Counted from the first letter of the stretch, positions 41,751 to 51,899 are shown. The stretch is 64,000 nucleotides of DNA from Candidatus Poribacteria bacterium (GCA_963663765.2 CAXXUA010000015.1:64001-128000), one strand, 5' to 3'. Notes: generated by a model not told the origin, from the letters alone. Program-made: numbers and translations.

Positions 41751-42644
41751 TTATTGCATATCTAAGTCAAAAAGTGTATCAGCCTGGGAGAGTAACCTTT
41801 GTGCGCGTGACTTTGCCAATGACGTCGCGGCTTCCTCTCCAGGATTCACATCATCTGGTGCGTCAATAATCTCTTGCAAAGATTTCTTGAAGAGTTCAAC
41901 ATCTTGTTTTGGATAAGCATAGTAACGTGCCAAATAGAATTTACTCATCAAGAACTTACCATCGTTTAACTCATCAACACGTTCAATGTGTTCTTTTGCT
42001 TTATCGGGGTCACCTCCAATAGCAGGTGACCGATCCCCATAATAGACAGCATAGAACAGATGTGCGCTGCCGAAATAGAATTTTTCATCTAATTCCAGGA
42101 CACGCCGCATCATCAATTCCACGCGATTGAGATCAATGATTTGCATAGGGTCATCCTTCTGCAAACTAATACCACGTGCAATTGAGTAAGCTGCCCAAAA
42201 CAACGGTTCTACATCCTTCTTTCTTAGTTGCTGAAGAGCAGTTTCAAACACATCTTTGTCAATAACTCTTCCTTTCTTGAAAATTTTGTTTGATTTTGCC
42301 AGTGCCTTGAAAGCATACATTTCTGAACGTTGATAGTGATAGATTGCTTGTTCACGCATCTTATCAGCGGTTTCAGTGTCACCTGCGAGTTCTGCTTCTT
42401 CCATTCTATCTTCGCGAAAACCACTGTATGATGAATGTGCACGAGCAGTTTTTACAATCAGAGACTTATTTCCTAATTTAGACAACCTTTCAAGTGTCTT
42501 TAAGTTTTTCTCAAGGGTGGTTTCGACCACCTCTAAGTTACTCTCCTGTTGAATTTTGGATAGTTTGCTTAAACCACATCCACCAAAAACGAAAGTTAAC
42601 AGGAGTAAAAGGACTAATCGCAAACAGATCGTCTTATATTTCAT
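41751..42644 (-). CDS. TRAP transporter T-component lipoprotein (TatT)
   Basis: FGGC lipobox; LFWAA, RVLELDEKFYFGSAH, GGDPDKAKEH. Confidence 0.82.
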   Translation of the reverse strand: MKYKTICLRLVLLLLLTFVFGGCGLSKLSKIQQESNLEVVETTLEKNLKTLERLSKLGNKSLIVKTARAHSSYSGFREDRMEEAELAGDTETADKMREQAIYHYQRSEMYAFKALAKSNKIFKKGRVIDKDVFETALQQLRKKDVEPLFWAAYSIARGISLQKDDPMQIIDLNRVELMMRRVLELDEKFYFGSAHLFYAVYYGDRSPAIGGDPDKAKEHIERVDELNDGKFLMSKFYLARYYAYPKQDVELFKKSLQEIIDAPDDVNPGEEAATSLAKSRAQRLLSQADTLFDLDMQ

Positions 42645-42765
42645 CAGATTATAATTACCTCCTATTTGGAAAAATGCTTGTTATTGAACATTGTCCGTTA
42701 ATGATAAAGATAAGAGAACGCAACCAAAATTTCTATAGTCAATGTATATATATATATATAATTCC

Positions 42766-43863
42766 TCATTGTTCCTTAGACATAAATGGCAGATCAACAA
42801 CAGTCGCGTTAACGCGTTCCATGGAAGTTTCAACTTGTACCTTACTACCGGGTTCTGTGACTACCATTCGGACGTATGCTAACGCAATCGGTTTAGAAAG
42901 TGTTGGAGAGTAAACAGAACTTGTTACCCAACCGATCTCTTTGTCTTCGTAAAAAATTGATGCGTTTTGTTGTATTGGTTTTTCTGCATCAATTACAAGC
43001 CCGCGTAACAATCGGTTCGGATGTCCACGATACTTCATTCTTGCTATTATCTCTTGTCCGATATAACACCCTTTTTCAAAGTCAATTGCATGTTCTAATT
43101 CTGCCTCAAGCGGTATGACAGAATCGGTTAGTTCAGCTCCGTATCTTGGAGTTCCCGCTTCAATCCGCAGCGTTTCAACTGTATCCCATCCGATAGGGAC
43201 GACACCATCTCTATCTGGTATTAAAATTTCCCATAGCCACTCCAATGCGTTTGCGGAAGTATATAGATGAAACCCACATTCACTAACTGAATTGGTTCGG
43301 ACACAACCTATCCATTGATTCTCAAGTTCACACGAACGTGAGTGGTATTCTGGTAATGTAGTGAGTTCTTCAATACTCAAAGCAGACTGTACAAGTTCAG
43401 GTGAATTCGGTCCGTAAACACCAATTGTTCCGACATTCTCAGTTACTACCGAAAGTTCTACGTCATCAGCAATAATATACTTGTCCAATTCCGCAAATAC
43501 TTGCCCTACGTTTTCAGGTGCAGTACTGACATAGATTTTGTCATTAAATACATAGACCTTCAAATCCCCTATGATTTTGCCGCGGTTTGTTAGCAGTGTC
43601 GAATAATTGCCCTCCCCAACCGCAAGGTTTTCGACATCGTTTGAGATGAGTCTATGCAAGTATTTCGCGCGGTCTTCCCCTGTCAAACACATGGTGCCAA
43701 GATATGATACATCTGCAATACCGACATCATTCCTCACAGCAGCATGTTCTGAAATGGGATCGGTAAACTTTGTTGGTAGTTTCCAATCTTGGTGTCGGAC
43801 ATCAAAGGTCGCGCCGAGTTTACTATGTATGCTATAAAGTGGTGTGGTTTTTATTCCTTTCAT
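42766..43863 (-). CDS. YgfZ/GcvT-family folate-binding protein
   Basis: TPLYSIH, EHAAVR, LRIEAG, EKGCYIGQE. Confidence 0.9.
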   Translation of the reverse strand: MKGIKTTPLYSIHSKLGATFDVRHQDWKLPTKFTDPISEHAAVRNDVGIADVSYLGTMCLTGEDRAKYLHRLISNDVENLAVGEGNYSTLLTNRGKIIGDLKVYVFNDKIYVSTAPENVGQVFAELDKYIIADDVELSVVTENVGTIGVYGPNSPELVQSALSIEELTTLPEYHSRSCELENQWIGCVRTNSVSECGFHLYTSANALEWLWEILIPDRDGVVPIGWDTVETLRIEAGTPRYGAELTDSVIPLEAELEHAIDFEKGCYIGQEIIARMKYRGHPNRLLRGLVIDAEKPIQQNASIFYEDKEIGWVTSSVYSPTLSKPIALAYVRMVVTEPGSKVQVETSMERVNATVVDLPFMSKEQ

Positions 43864-43891
43864 ATTTTCCTCTATTTCCTTTACCACAAAA

Positions 43892-46800
43892 TCAAAACAT
43901 TCGTTCCAAACGCCAAATAAGTCTCGGAGTACGTTGTGAGGCTTCGACGCTGAGAGGAATGGCAATTTCAAATGATGTACTTACAGGTTGTGCGTCTCCA
44001 GGTGGAGTAATAAAAAATGCTGACCCAAAACCAATTGCGGTTTTAAAGTCGTTTAGTGAGAAATCGGCAAATATTTTTTCCTCATACCACCATATTCTTC
44101 CTGTATCCAGAAACACGGTTAATGCCCAACCCACATAAGTATCAGTAGATGGATCAATACGGATCTCATTGAAAAGTCTGTATTCTATGTTAAGTAAAAG
44201 CCGTCTATCTCCAGCAAATTCATTAGTATTGTAACCGCGTATGTTTGAGGATCCACCAAGAAAAAGTAAACGTTGCCTTGGTAAAGGGGAATCAGAATAA
44301 TCTCCTGAGAGACGGAAGTTCAACTGATGTGGTCCATAGAGCTGATTATACTTTACTAATTCTATGTTGTAAAAGTTATATATAAATTTACCACCAAGAA
44401 CTCCTCCAGCTTTTTCAAATCCAATGTGCCCTCTCAACCCTCGTTTTGTTCGTTCATTCGGCAGAATTAATAGATGACTTCCGACATTCTGTTGACGTTT
44501 GAACGTGGATTTTTTGTCACGCGTATCAAAAGTATAACCTATGGACATCGCTTTTAAATGTCCGGTATCAATTCTGGCATTTCCTCGTTTGATAAGATTC
44601 CGATCAAGATAACTCCAGTCCGTAGTTTTCTTCAAGTTCTCATGATCTTCCTGAGTGAATTGAATCCGCACCAATGATGATGTTCCATAGGATTGTGCCA
44701 TCCATATCTGTTCTCCCTGCCGTTGATAAAAATCATCATGAGCAGTGCCATAGAATGAAGCACCCAGATTGCTTTCAGCTGAACGGAGACGGTAAGCGTT
44801 CGTACTCAAATCAGTTAGTTTGAATAGACCAACACCTATTGCCAAAGGATAACGTTCAAAAAAACTCTTTTCAACGCCGAAACTATAGTTTAGAATTTTG
44901 CTGGAAAATCCACGACTGAATGACCCGAACAGTTGTTCAGCACCGGTATAGTGTGTGGTAAGTGATCCACCGACTCCGAGTAACAACCCATGCACACGAT
45001 TGTAGGCGAGTATAGGATACCATCCAGGATTAAAAAAATGTGTTTCTTCAATATCAACAACAAGTACGTTTTTACCACCTTCGCGTTGTACATACCAGTC
45101 ACGAACGGACTTAAAAACATCGTTATCTTTGCTAAGTTTCTTCTGAAAATTATTGATTTTGGTGCGTCCCATTGCATGATAATAAACACCTTCAGTACCA
45201 ATATCAAGTGCGGATGACAGTTCAGATTGTTGAATTCGACGATTGCCTGTAAAACGGATTTCATCTAAGGAACCTTCGTTGATGTTATACTGTAGCACGT
45301 CATTTTCAAACTGATGCGAAACCTTGACAAAAGGGAAACCACGATTTACATAAAAATCGTTTATCATCTGTTGTTTCAACTTTGCGTTTGACTCAGCTAT
45401 ATAGCCATCTGATAGGTCAACCCATCTTTTTATGAAAAGGGAAGGAAAATTCTTATTTCCGTTGATGGTTACCTCATTTGCAAACTTTACTGGAGCTTCG
45501 GTTAGAACGATTTGGAGCGTGACTTCCGTATCATCAGATAGTTCGCTGGCTTGTGAATTTTCCGCTTCAATAGCTGCCACTACAGTCTTCAATTGCACCT
45601 CCTCAAACAGGTCGGAGTGGTCTAATTCTGCAATCAGTTTTGTTATCTGTTCGTTTGAGATGGTATCTCCTACATTTATCGGAACTTGTTCTAACACTAC
45701 CTCGGTTGGTATTGTTGTGTTTCCCTCAACTTCAATTGCTGTAATTTTATACTTTTCAGATAGCCTATAAGTCTCTAATGAAGCATCTTTTGCCTTGACT
45801 AATTTGATTGATCCCATCGCCTCTTTCCAATGTGGCCACCACTGAAACTCCTCATCATATAGTGGTAACCAATAACTAAATTCTTGAAAAAGGACAGTGT
45901 TCAAATTATCAACATATTCTTCCTTATATTGTGCTTTGCGGTGCAAATTTAGAAGCCAAGTATCTGTCTCCTGTATTTTTTCATCCTTTCGAGGAACAGC
46001 AATTTCAAAACTCCAGTAATTGGTGTTTATTTTCGTTGCGACTTTTGCACCAGAATTCCAAGTATTATCCGCCTTAAACGATTTCGCAGAATCATCAAAT
46101 TCTTCTCGTTGAACACCATTGGGAGCATACCTATAATGCGGATATCCTACCGTATGAACATGTTGGTCAAAGAATCCACCAATAGGATTGACAATTAGGT
46201 GAAAGTAATCCTCCGTTTCTGGATTCATATCAATGAGGATTTCAATGCACTCATCTATCCAAATAGGTGAATCAAGTTGTGTTTGTGAAACACGTGGAAT
46301 GTGTGAATCCTGTATATACACCCTTGCACCGATATAAAGGTTTTCATCGTCCCACATCAAACTAACATCAGTTGGGTTCTCAGCTGTTTCTGTGCCTATA
46401 GGGTTTTGAAATGCTGACAAAGCAATTGATTCTAACCATGCCTTTTCGCTTAAATTACCGTCAATTTTAGGAGAGAACATAGTAAATGGAATAGGTCGTA
46501 CAAAGTCAGATACGGTTTCTTCCTGTGAATTTTCTGTATTATTTTCTTGTGGAGTGGTATTGATTCGCGGATTTTTTAGGATTTGAATAGTCTCTGTAGC
46601 AGTTAATCGCAGAAGCGGTCCACCGCCATTAATAGTGCCGGCATTATCTTCAATTTCTGCAGGTATACTAATAATATATTGTTGCTTTTCATTCGCTAAC
46701 TCAACATCTGCTGGGTAGTTTGTGGGTAACAATAAATCAATTTTTCCTCCAAGTGCAGTTAAATCCAGTGGCGCAGCAAGGTCATCAAGTACTGTGAGAT

Positions 46801-47446
46801 TGATTGATCCGTTATCAGTCTTTATCTCGTTTTGTCCTGGAGTCAACAGAATCTTACCATTAATGCGCCCCTTTTTCACATGCACTTGGTAAGTTCCTAA
46901 AGTCTCATCAAGTTCAATGTTTCCTGATTCTGTGGTAACTTTTATATTTCCACGGATATGATGCAGGAATACATCTCCATTTTTTACATTAAGTTGAACA
47001 GAGACATCGGGCGGTGTTTTAATTTCATAATTAAATTTAAGCTTTTCTTTAATTTCACGGGTGTCTTGGTATTCTACTTTACCCTTTGACAAATCTACTG
47101 GCAGCTGCGAACTTAACTGAAGTGTTCCATCTGTAATTTCACCGGATAATGATATGTTTTCAAGATATGATTTTGATAAGATTGGGTGTTGAACCAGAAC
47201 GTGTTTCTCAAGATTAACGCTAATTGTGTCTTTTTCCGCTTCCTTACTATCTAATGCGATTATTCTTATGTCTCCCGGTAAATCTGATTCCAGCTTAATT
47301 TTGTAAACATCAACAAAACTGAAGGTCTGCGTAGCAACTTTGGTGTCTGTGTTTTCATCATTTACTGCTTCTATAGACTGCACAGAGAAACACATTCCAA
47401 GCAGCATAAACCATAATAGCAAAAGATTATTTTCTATTTTAATCAT
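43892..47446 (-). CDS. Omp85-family protein with DUF4097-like, CBM9-like and POTRA domains
   Basis: Signal; beta-repeat region; PKIDGNLSEKAW...WDDENLY; IEVEGNTTI and IRFTGNRRI POTRA starts; LGGSSNIRGY loop 6; terminal Phe. Confidence 0.82.
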   Translation of the reverse strand: MIKIENNLLLLWFMLLGMCFSVQSIEAVNDENTDTKVATQTFSFVDVYKIKLESDLPGDIRIIALDSKEAEKDTISVNLEKHVLVQHPILSKSYLENISLSGEITDGTLQLSSQLPVDLSKGKVEYQDTREIKEKLKFNYEIKTPPDVSVQLNVKNGDVFLHHIRGNIKVTTESGNIELDETLGTYQVHVKKGRINGKILLTPGQNEIKTDNGSINLTVLDDLAAPLDLTALGGKIDLLLPTNYPADVELANEKQQYIISIPAEIEDNAGTINGGGPLLRLTATETIQILKNPRINTTPQENNTENSQEETVSDFVRPIPFTMFSPKIDGNLSEKAWLESIALSAFQNPIGTETAENPTDVSLMWDDENLYIGARVYIQDSHIPRVSQTQLDSPIWIDECIEILIDMNPETEDYFHLIVNPIGGFFDQHVHTVGYPHYRYAPNGVQREEFDDSAKSFKADNTWNSGAKVATKINTNYWSFEIAVPRKDEKIQETDTWLLNLHRKAQYKEEYVDNLNTVLFQEFSYWLPLYDEEFQWWPHWKEAMGSIKLVKAKDASLETYRLSEKYKITAIEVEGNTTIPTEVVLEQVPINVGDTISNEQITKLIAELDHSDLFEEVQLKTVVAAIEAENSQASELSDDTEVTLQIVLTEAPVKFANEVTINGNKNFPSLFIKRWVDLSDGYIAESNAKLKQQMINDFYVNRGFPFVKVSHQFENDVLQYNINEGSLDEIRFTGNRRIQQSELSSALDIGTEGVYYHAMGRTKINNFQKKLSKDNDVFKSVRDWYVQREGGKNVLVVDIEETHFFNPGWYPILAYNRVHGLLLGVGGSLTTHYTGAEQLFGSFSRGFSSKILNYSFGVEKSFFERYPLAIGVGLFKLTDLSTNAYRLRSAESNLGASFYGTAHDDFYQRQGEQIWMAQSYGTSSLVRIQFTQEDHENLKKTTDWSYLDRNLIKRGNARIDTGHLKAMSIGYTFDTRDKKSTFKRQQNVGSHLLILPNERTKRGLRGHIGFEKAGGVLGGKFIYNFYNIELVKYNQLYGPHQLNFRLSGDYSDSPLPRQRLLFLGGSSNIRGYNTNEFAGDRRLLLNIEYRLFNEIRIDPSTDTYVGWALTVFLDTGRIWWYEEKIFADFSLNDFKTAIGFGSAFFITPPGDAQPVSTSFEIAIPLSVEASQRTPRLIWRLERMF

Positions 47447-47774
47447 AGATTTCTTGAATAAGTTGATTTGGATAGGGACATTAGAATGTAAATGTGAAAA
47501 AGGGGTTGATATGGAATTTAACAATATCACATAAAATTGTAGAGTATAATACAGAGACTCTAATTGAGCGCGCTTCTATTAAAAATGACTTGACACTATT
47601 AACATATTACTTTATACTTAATACAAAAGTCAAGTTGTTTGTTGGATTAGGATGTATATACTACTTAAATGTCGTCTCATTTTAAGTGGAATACTAATCA
47701 GAAAAGTTCAGTTTCAGAATTATACCTACTGCAATGTCCAATTATTTCTTGAATTAACCATTCATTGATAACAG

Positions 47775-48722
47775 ATGAACTACAGTATGTGGAAGTTTAA
47801 ATTTGGTTACATTGATAAAACCGGAAGTTTTGTCATTCCCCCCCGCTTTGATAAATTCTGTGACAACTTTAGTGAAGGATTAGCGGATGTAATGGTTGAT
47901 GACAAATTTGGCTTTATTGATAGAAATGGAGATTTTGTTATCCCCCCTCAATATGAGTGGGTACTTCCGTTTGCGCACGGCATAGCCGCGGTTTCCATAG
48001 AGGGGAAGTGCGGCTACATAGATAAATCGGGGACAATCGTTATACCGCCAATCTTTGAGAAGGTAGATGAGTTCTCCGATGGGCTTGCGTATGCCAAGAC
48101 TGCTACACAAGCGGGGTATATTGACCCTACTGGCGCGTGGGCATTAATCCCACCAGCAGATTATGAGGGATATCCCTTTTGCGACGGATTAGCCATAGTA
48201 TGTATCTGTGAAGAAGATGAACTGAACGAAGATGAATGTGTGGAAGAGTGCAACTGCGCATGTGAAGGATATATTGATAAAACCGGTGCGATAGCCATCC
48301 CGCCACAATTTAAAGAGGTAGACGATTTCTCTGAAGGTCTTGCACATGTTGAAACAGAGGACGGTGAGCATGTCTTTATTGATACGAAGGGAGACGTAGC
48401 ACTAAAATTTGATTTCGATTGTGATGTACTGTGGGATCACTCCTTTTCTGAAGGATTGGTTGCAGTAAGAATAGACGGTAAGTTTGGGTATGCCGATAAA
48501 ACTGGGAGGATTGTCATTGCTCCACAGTTTGATGAAGTTTATCAATTTACGGAAGGACTCGCTGGGGTTCGTACTGGTTCATGGTGGGGTTTCATTGACA
48601 AAACAGGAGAATGGGTGATTGAGCCGAAACCTTGGCACCCCTACAATTTTTTTGAGGGGTTGGCAGCTGTTGGAGTACGAGACTACAATATGAAAAAAAT
48701 TTATCCACAATCAAAAGCGTAA
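47775..48722 (+). CDS. WG/KWG-repeat protein, copy 1
   Basis: Repeated GYIDKTG..VIPP.F....FSEGLA units. Confidence 0.92.
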   Translation: MNYSMWKFKFGYIDKTGSFVIPPRFDKFCDNFSEGLADVMVDDKFGFIDRNGDFVIPPQYEWVLPFAHGIAAVSIEGKCGYIDKSGTIVIPPIFEKVDEFSDGLAYAKTATQAGYIDPTGAWALIPPADYEGYPFCDGLAIVCICEEDELNEDECVEECNCACEGYIDKTGAIAIPPQFKEVDDFSEGLAHVETEDGEHVFIDTKGDVALKFDFDCDVLWDHSFSEGLVAVRIDGKFGYADKTGRIVIAPQFDEVYQFTEGLAGVRTGSWWGFIDKTGEWVIEPKPWHPYNFFEGLAAVGVRDYNMKKIYPQSKA

Positions 48723-48747
48723 TTTATTGGGTAATCGTAAGGTAAAC

Positions 48748-49671
48748 ATGTCAAAATGGGGTTTCATTGATAAAACTGGGGATTTTGTTATTCCACCCTA
48801 CTTTGATAACTGCTGTTATAGATATAGTGAAGGATTAGCAGCGGTACAAGTTGATGGCAAATATGGCTTCATTGATAAAAACGGGGATTTTGCTATTCCG
48901 CCTCAATTTGAATGGACACAAACGTTTGCGTGCGGTAGAGCTGCCGTTTCCATAGTGGGAAAGTGCGGTTACATTGATAAATCGGGGACAATCGTTATAC
49001 CGCCAACCTTGAAGGAGGTAGATGCGTTTTCAGAGGGGCTTGCGTATGCGAAAACCGCTACACAAGAGGGGTATATTGACCCTACTGGCGCGTGGGCATT
49101 AATTACACCCTCACATTATTCTTGTGGGCATCCCTTTCGCGATGGATTAACCCAAGCAGAGTTTTGTGAAGAAGGTGAACTGAACGAAGATGAATGTGTG
49201 GAAGAGTGCAACTGGGCATGTGAAGGATATATTGATAAAACCGGTGCGGTAGCCATCCTGCCGCAATTTAAAGAGGCATTCAATTTTTCCGAGGGACTTG
49301 CCCATGTTGAAACAGAGGACGGTGAGTATGTCTTTATTGATACGAAGGGAGACGTAGCACTAAAATTTGATTTCGATTATGATACACTGTGGTGTCACTC
49401 CTTTTTAGAAGGATTGGTTGCAGTCAGAATAGACGGTCAATATGGGTATGCTGATAAAACGGGGAGGATTGTCATTGCCCCGCAGTTTGATAAAGTCTAT
49501 CGATTTACGGAAGGATTCGCTGGGGTTCGTACTGGTTCAAGGTGGGGTTTCATTGACAAAACAGGAGAATGGGTGATTGAGCCGAAACCTTGGCACCCCT
49601 TTGGCTTTTTTGAGGGGTTGGCAGCTGTTGCGGTACGAGACTACAATATGAAAAAAATTTATCCGCCATGA
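48748..49671 (+). CDS. WG/KWG-repeat protein, copy 2 (3' end altered by MITE)
   Basis: Tandem paralog of 47775-48722; stop codon supplied by the MITE end (catga). Confidence 0.92.
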   Translation: MSKWGFIDKTGDFVIPPYFDNCCYRYSEGLAAVQVDGKYGFIDKNGDFAIPPQFEWTQTFACGRAAVSIVGKCGYIDKSGTIVIPPTLKEVDAFSEGLAYAKTATQEGYIDPTGAWALITPSHYSCGHPFRDGLTQAEFCEEGELNEDECVEECNWACEGYIDKTGAVAILPQFKEAFNFSEGLAHVETEDGEYVFIDTKGDVALKFDFDYDTLWCHSFLEGLVAVRIDGQYGYADKTGRIVIAPQFDKVYRFTEGFAGVRTGSRWGFIDKTGEWVIEPKPWHPFGFFEGLAAVAVRDYNMKKIYPP

Positions 49672-49817
49672 CTTACGCAAAAACGGTAGGCGTGCTTTGT
49701 AAGCGCGCTGGAAACCCATAAAAACGCTGATAATTGCATCATTTTCATCATAATTCTTGATTAAATCAAGAAAACTGCGTAAGTCCTGATTAAAACAAGA
49801 AAACTGCGTAAGTCCTG
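49667..49817. mobile_element. MITE family A with duplicated 29-bp right end
   Basis: CATGACTTACGCA...GTAAGTCCTG twice (ends 49788 and 49817); TSD TCCGC/TCCAC. Confidence 0.88.
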
Positions 49818-49864
49818 TCCACAATCAAAAGTGTAATTTATTGGGTAATCGTGAAAGTAAAAAT

Positions 49865-49930
49865 ATGCCGAAATATTGCTACATTGATAAAAACGGCACT
49901 CTCGTTATCCCCTTCAGTTTGACCGTTGCG
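49865..49930 (+). pseudogene. Remnant of a third WG-repeat gene
   Basis: MPKYCYIDKNGTLVIP then the frame is lost; preceded by the same intergenic sequence as copy 2. Confidence 0.65.
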
Positions 49931-50070
49931 AATGTGTTAACATTACTCACATAATATGTTTGAATTGAGTAACCTACAATAAATATAATCGTTAACGTAC
50001 AGATAAGTAATAATATTTTATATAAAAGAGTACATCCCAACGTATTTGATGTCTCTGGAGTAAAATAGAT

Positions 50071-51114
50071 ATGTCCTATTCCCTGACAGAATATCGTTTC
50101 TCATTCGGTCCCTGGAATATACATGAGGGGGCAGACCCTTTTGGTCCTCCAGTGCGGGATGCCTTTAGCTTTGATGAAAAAGTTGACTTTTACCGAAAAC
50201 TCGGTTTTGTTGGCATACAATTTCATGATGATGATGTCGTGCCCGATATTGATGACAAGACCCACGCACAACTCATGTCCCGAGCCAAAGATGTAAAAAA
50301 ACTAATTGATAGTCACGGTCTAACTGCAGAAGTCATAGCACCACGTCTGTGGGAATCCCCAAAGACGATTGATGGTGCATTCACTTCAAATTCTAAAGAT
50401 GAAAGACATTACGCCATTGAACGTTCTAAACGGTGTGTAGACATTGCGAATGTACTTGAATGTAAAAATTTTGTGTTGTGGCTTGCCCGAGAAGGCACTT
50501 ATATACGTGAAACCAAGCACGCCGCAAATGCAGTCGGTCATATATTAGATGCAATTAATGTCCTACTTGACTATGATCCGGAGATTCGCATTTTGATTGA
50601 ACCGAAGCCGAATGAACCGATGGATATTGCTTATATCCCGACGATCGGTCATGCAATTGGTTTAGCTTATGCCAGCACAGACCCTGACCGTGTTGGTGGT
50701 TTGATTGAAAGCGCGCATGCTATCCTTGCAGGATTGGAACCTTCGGATGAAATGGGGTTTGCACTATACCATAAAAAACTTTGGAGTGTGCATCTTAATG
50801 ACCAGAACGGACTTAAATTTGATCAAGACAAAGCATTCGGTTCAGCGAATTTACGACGTGCTTTTAATCAAGTGCGAGTCCTTGAAGAAAACGGTTACGG
50901 TAAAAATGGAGAATTCGTTGGATTAGATGTTAAAGTGATGCGGACACAACCGCGCGAAATTTCTACAAAACATTTACTGAGCAGCCGCAAAACATTTCTT
51001 AACCTACTTGAAAAAGTACGGACATTAGACAAGAAAGTAGAACAGGAGTTTATCACAGCGAGAGATTACGAAGGTTTAGATTATTACATACTTGAACACC
51101 TACTCGGTGTATAA
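50071..51114 (+). CDS. Xylose isomerase-like TIM-barrel protein
   Basis: FSFGPWN, GADPFG, QFHDDD, WLAREG, IEPKPNEP, ESAH, HLNDQ. Confidence 0.85.
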   Translation: MSYSLTEYRFSFGPWNIHEGADPFGPPVRDAFSFDEKVDFYRKLGFVGIQFHDDDVVPDIDDKTHAQLMSRAKDVKKLIDSHGLTAEVIAPRLWESPKTIDGAFTSNSKDERHYAIERSKRCVDIANVLECKNFVLWLAREGTYIRETKHAANAVGHILDAINVLLDYDPEIRILIEPKPNEPMDIAYIPTIGHAIGLAYASTDPDRVGGLIESAHAILAGLEPSDEMGFALYHKKLWSVHLNDQNGLKFDQDKAFGSANLRRAFNQVRVLEENGYGKNGEFVGLDVKVMRTQPREISTKHLLSSRKTFLNLLEKVRTLDKKVEQEFITARDYEGLDYYILEHLLGV

Positions 51115-51167
51115 CTATTCCTAAATTATGCACTGAAACCGATCCTTCCTTTAATCAACTCAACCTA

Positions 51168-51213
51168 TTAACATGACACAAAGAACTATTTTAACATGAC
51201 ACAAAGAACTATT
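51168..51213. repeat. Perfect 23-bp tandem duplication
   Basis: ttaacatgacacaaagaactatt x2 directly upstream of the kinase RBS. Confidence 0.85.
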
Positions 51214-51230
51214 TAGGAAAGAACACACAC

Positions 51231-51899
51231 ATGAAATTGGACATGAAATCTTTATTTTATGACGAACCGTTATCTGAGGAGGTGACACCTTGTTACCGTT
51301 CAGTCGTCTTGGTCGGACCTCCGGGGGTCGGTAAGGGAACACAAGGAAAACTCCTCTCCAAAATCCCGGGGATTTTTCACATTTCCAGTGGTGATATGTT
51401 CCGGGAACTTGACGAAGAGTCCGAATTAGGTCAACTCTTCAATGAATATGCGACACGCGGTGCGTTAGTACCCGACGATATAACAGTCAAAACATGGCAG
51501 AAATATGTCAGAAAGAAAGTTGAACAAAAGATTTATAACCCAGCTACCGATTTACTCATACTTGACGGTATCCCCCGAAACATAGCACAGGTTGATCTAT
51601 TATCACCTTACATCAATGTTCTCATAGTTCTTTATATGGTTTGTGACGATCGCGAAGTTATGTTTAAACGAATTCAAGGCAGAGCCATCCAAGAAAAACG
51701 ACAAGACGATAAGGATGAATATGTTGTCCGTTATAGATGGGATTATTATAAGCGTTTTACCGAACCCATTATTGACTACTACCCACAAGACACAATTAGG
51801 ATTATTGACGCTGATGCTGTTCCTGCTGATGTGTTGCATCAAATATTAGGTGTTCTCGTTCCAATTCAGAAAAAGTGCTTTTCTCCACCTCTTGTTTAG
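51231..51899 (+). CDS. Adenylate kinase-family NMP kinase (short LID)
   Basis: GPPGVGKGTQ, HISSGDMFR, GALVPD, LDGIPR, RQDD. Confidence 0.88.
   Translation: MKLDMKSLFYDEPLSEEVTPCYRSVVLVGPPGVGKGTQGKLLSKIPGIFHISSGDMFRELDEESELGQLFNEYATRGALVPDDITVKTWQKYVRKKVEQKIYNPATDLLILDGIPRNIAQVDLLSPYINVLIVLYMVCDDREVMFKRIQGRAIQEKRQDDKDEYVVRYRWDYYKRFTEPIIDYYPQDTIRIIDADAVPADVLHQILGVLVPIQKKCFSPPLV

Noticed and set aside
47775-49671. Diversity-generating retroelement TR/VR pair
   Set aside because: Differences are not adenine-specific, span the whole genes, and no reverse transcriptase is present
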